Shown: piece after piece, positions 63,331 to 64,000 of the stretch
Layout of the letters: every line of letters starts with the position of its first letter
How positions within the stretch are numbered: the first letter of the stretch is position 1
From: Hydrolagus colliei
Lineage: Eukaryota
DNA: 64,000 nucleotides
NCBI GenBank assembly: GCA_035084275.1
Contig: CM068742.1
Span: forward strand, 58,094,001-58,158,000
Direction of reading: 5' to 3'
Notes under the pieces: generated by a model
The model's input: only the letters and a program-made list of their open reading frames with translations
Told to the model about the DNA's origin: nothing
Database searches by the model: none
Position numbers and translations under genes: made by a program

Positions 63331-64000
63331 GTTGTTGTTGTTTAATTAATCTGAGTTAGGTTAGTGTGCTGGTACTGAAACATATTCATAGCTGACAAAA
63401 ACTGTGCAAGTGGCTAAGCTTCAAAGAACTTCAGAAGGAACTTCACACCTGAAACCAACCAATAGTTAAAGACTGTGAAGAATGTTTCAAACACGCTTCA
63501 GCGCCTTGGGACGTTCTCCCGATGTAAAAGGTGCTCTAAAATGTAATGTTGTTGTTGTTTGTGTGTGGGGTGGGGGGAGGGAAGGGATGGGATCGAAGGG
63601 GGAACATAACAAGTGCTTCTAACCTGCTTATACTGAACTGTTATCCACAAAGCACAAAGGTGACTGAATAATTTTGGGTAAAAGCTTTAGAGCAAACCAA
63701 GATTGTATCAAAGTCAGAGAAACTGCTCACACTTAGAATACTGCTATTTCTCAACAGATTCAGCATTATGAATACATTGAGTATCTTATGAAACATTGCA
63801 TTTTTCACTCTATTATAAAATATGGAAAGAAGGTAAGGAAGTGGGATTACGGGAGTTTATAGTGCCATGAAATAATGTGCATCAGAGCGTATTTGGTTGG
63901 CTGAATTGCATTCTCCTATTTATGAGTTCCTGTATCTAATGCAAAAATAACTTCAAATGTTATGTTATTTGGGGGGAGAGAGTGTGTGGGGGGAATATGC

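Overview
AT-rich, repeat-dense vertebrate non-coding DNA (intergenic or a large intron). The repeat set (L2 and CR1 LINEs, tRNA/CORE-like SINEs and Deu-domain SINEs with L2-type tails, Penelope elements, Tigger and hAT derivatives) suggests a cartilaginous fish, possibly a chimaera such as the elephant shark; this is inference. I found no recognisable host protein-coding exon. Every ORF with a recognisable product is a transposon remnant (L2 or CR1 RT, Penelope GIY-YIG, Tigger transposase). The most notable structure is a CpG-rich non-autonomous hAT family (TIR TAGGGTCCG, 8-bp TSDs). It occurs five times: self-nested at 10.1-10.75 kb, as a fragment joined to a Tigger relic through a perfect hairpin at 33.5-33.8 kb, and as a same-site tandem dimer with three target-site copies at 47.4-49.6 kb. 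It carries NRF1- and ZNF143-like motifs, a splice donor and a G-rich minisatellite. Other items are a minimal hammerhead ribozyme in a Penelope end, a 133-bp inverted mini-Penelope with a 14-bp TSD, a 31-nt motif shared between a Tigger-like and a hAT MITE, a 39-bp inverted repeat anchored in microsatellites, and several enhancer-like unique tracts. Boundaries of old repeats are approximate; boundaries defined by TIRs or TSDs were counted by hand. I cannot claim a wholly new biological system from this sequence alone.
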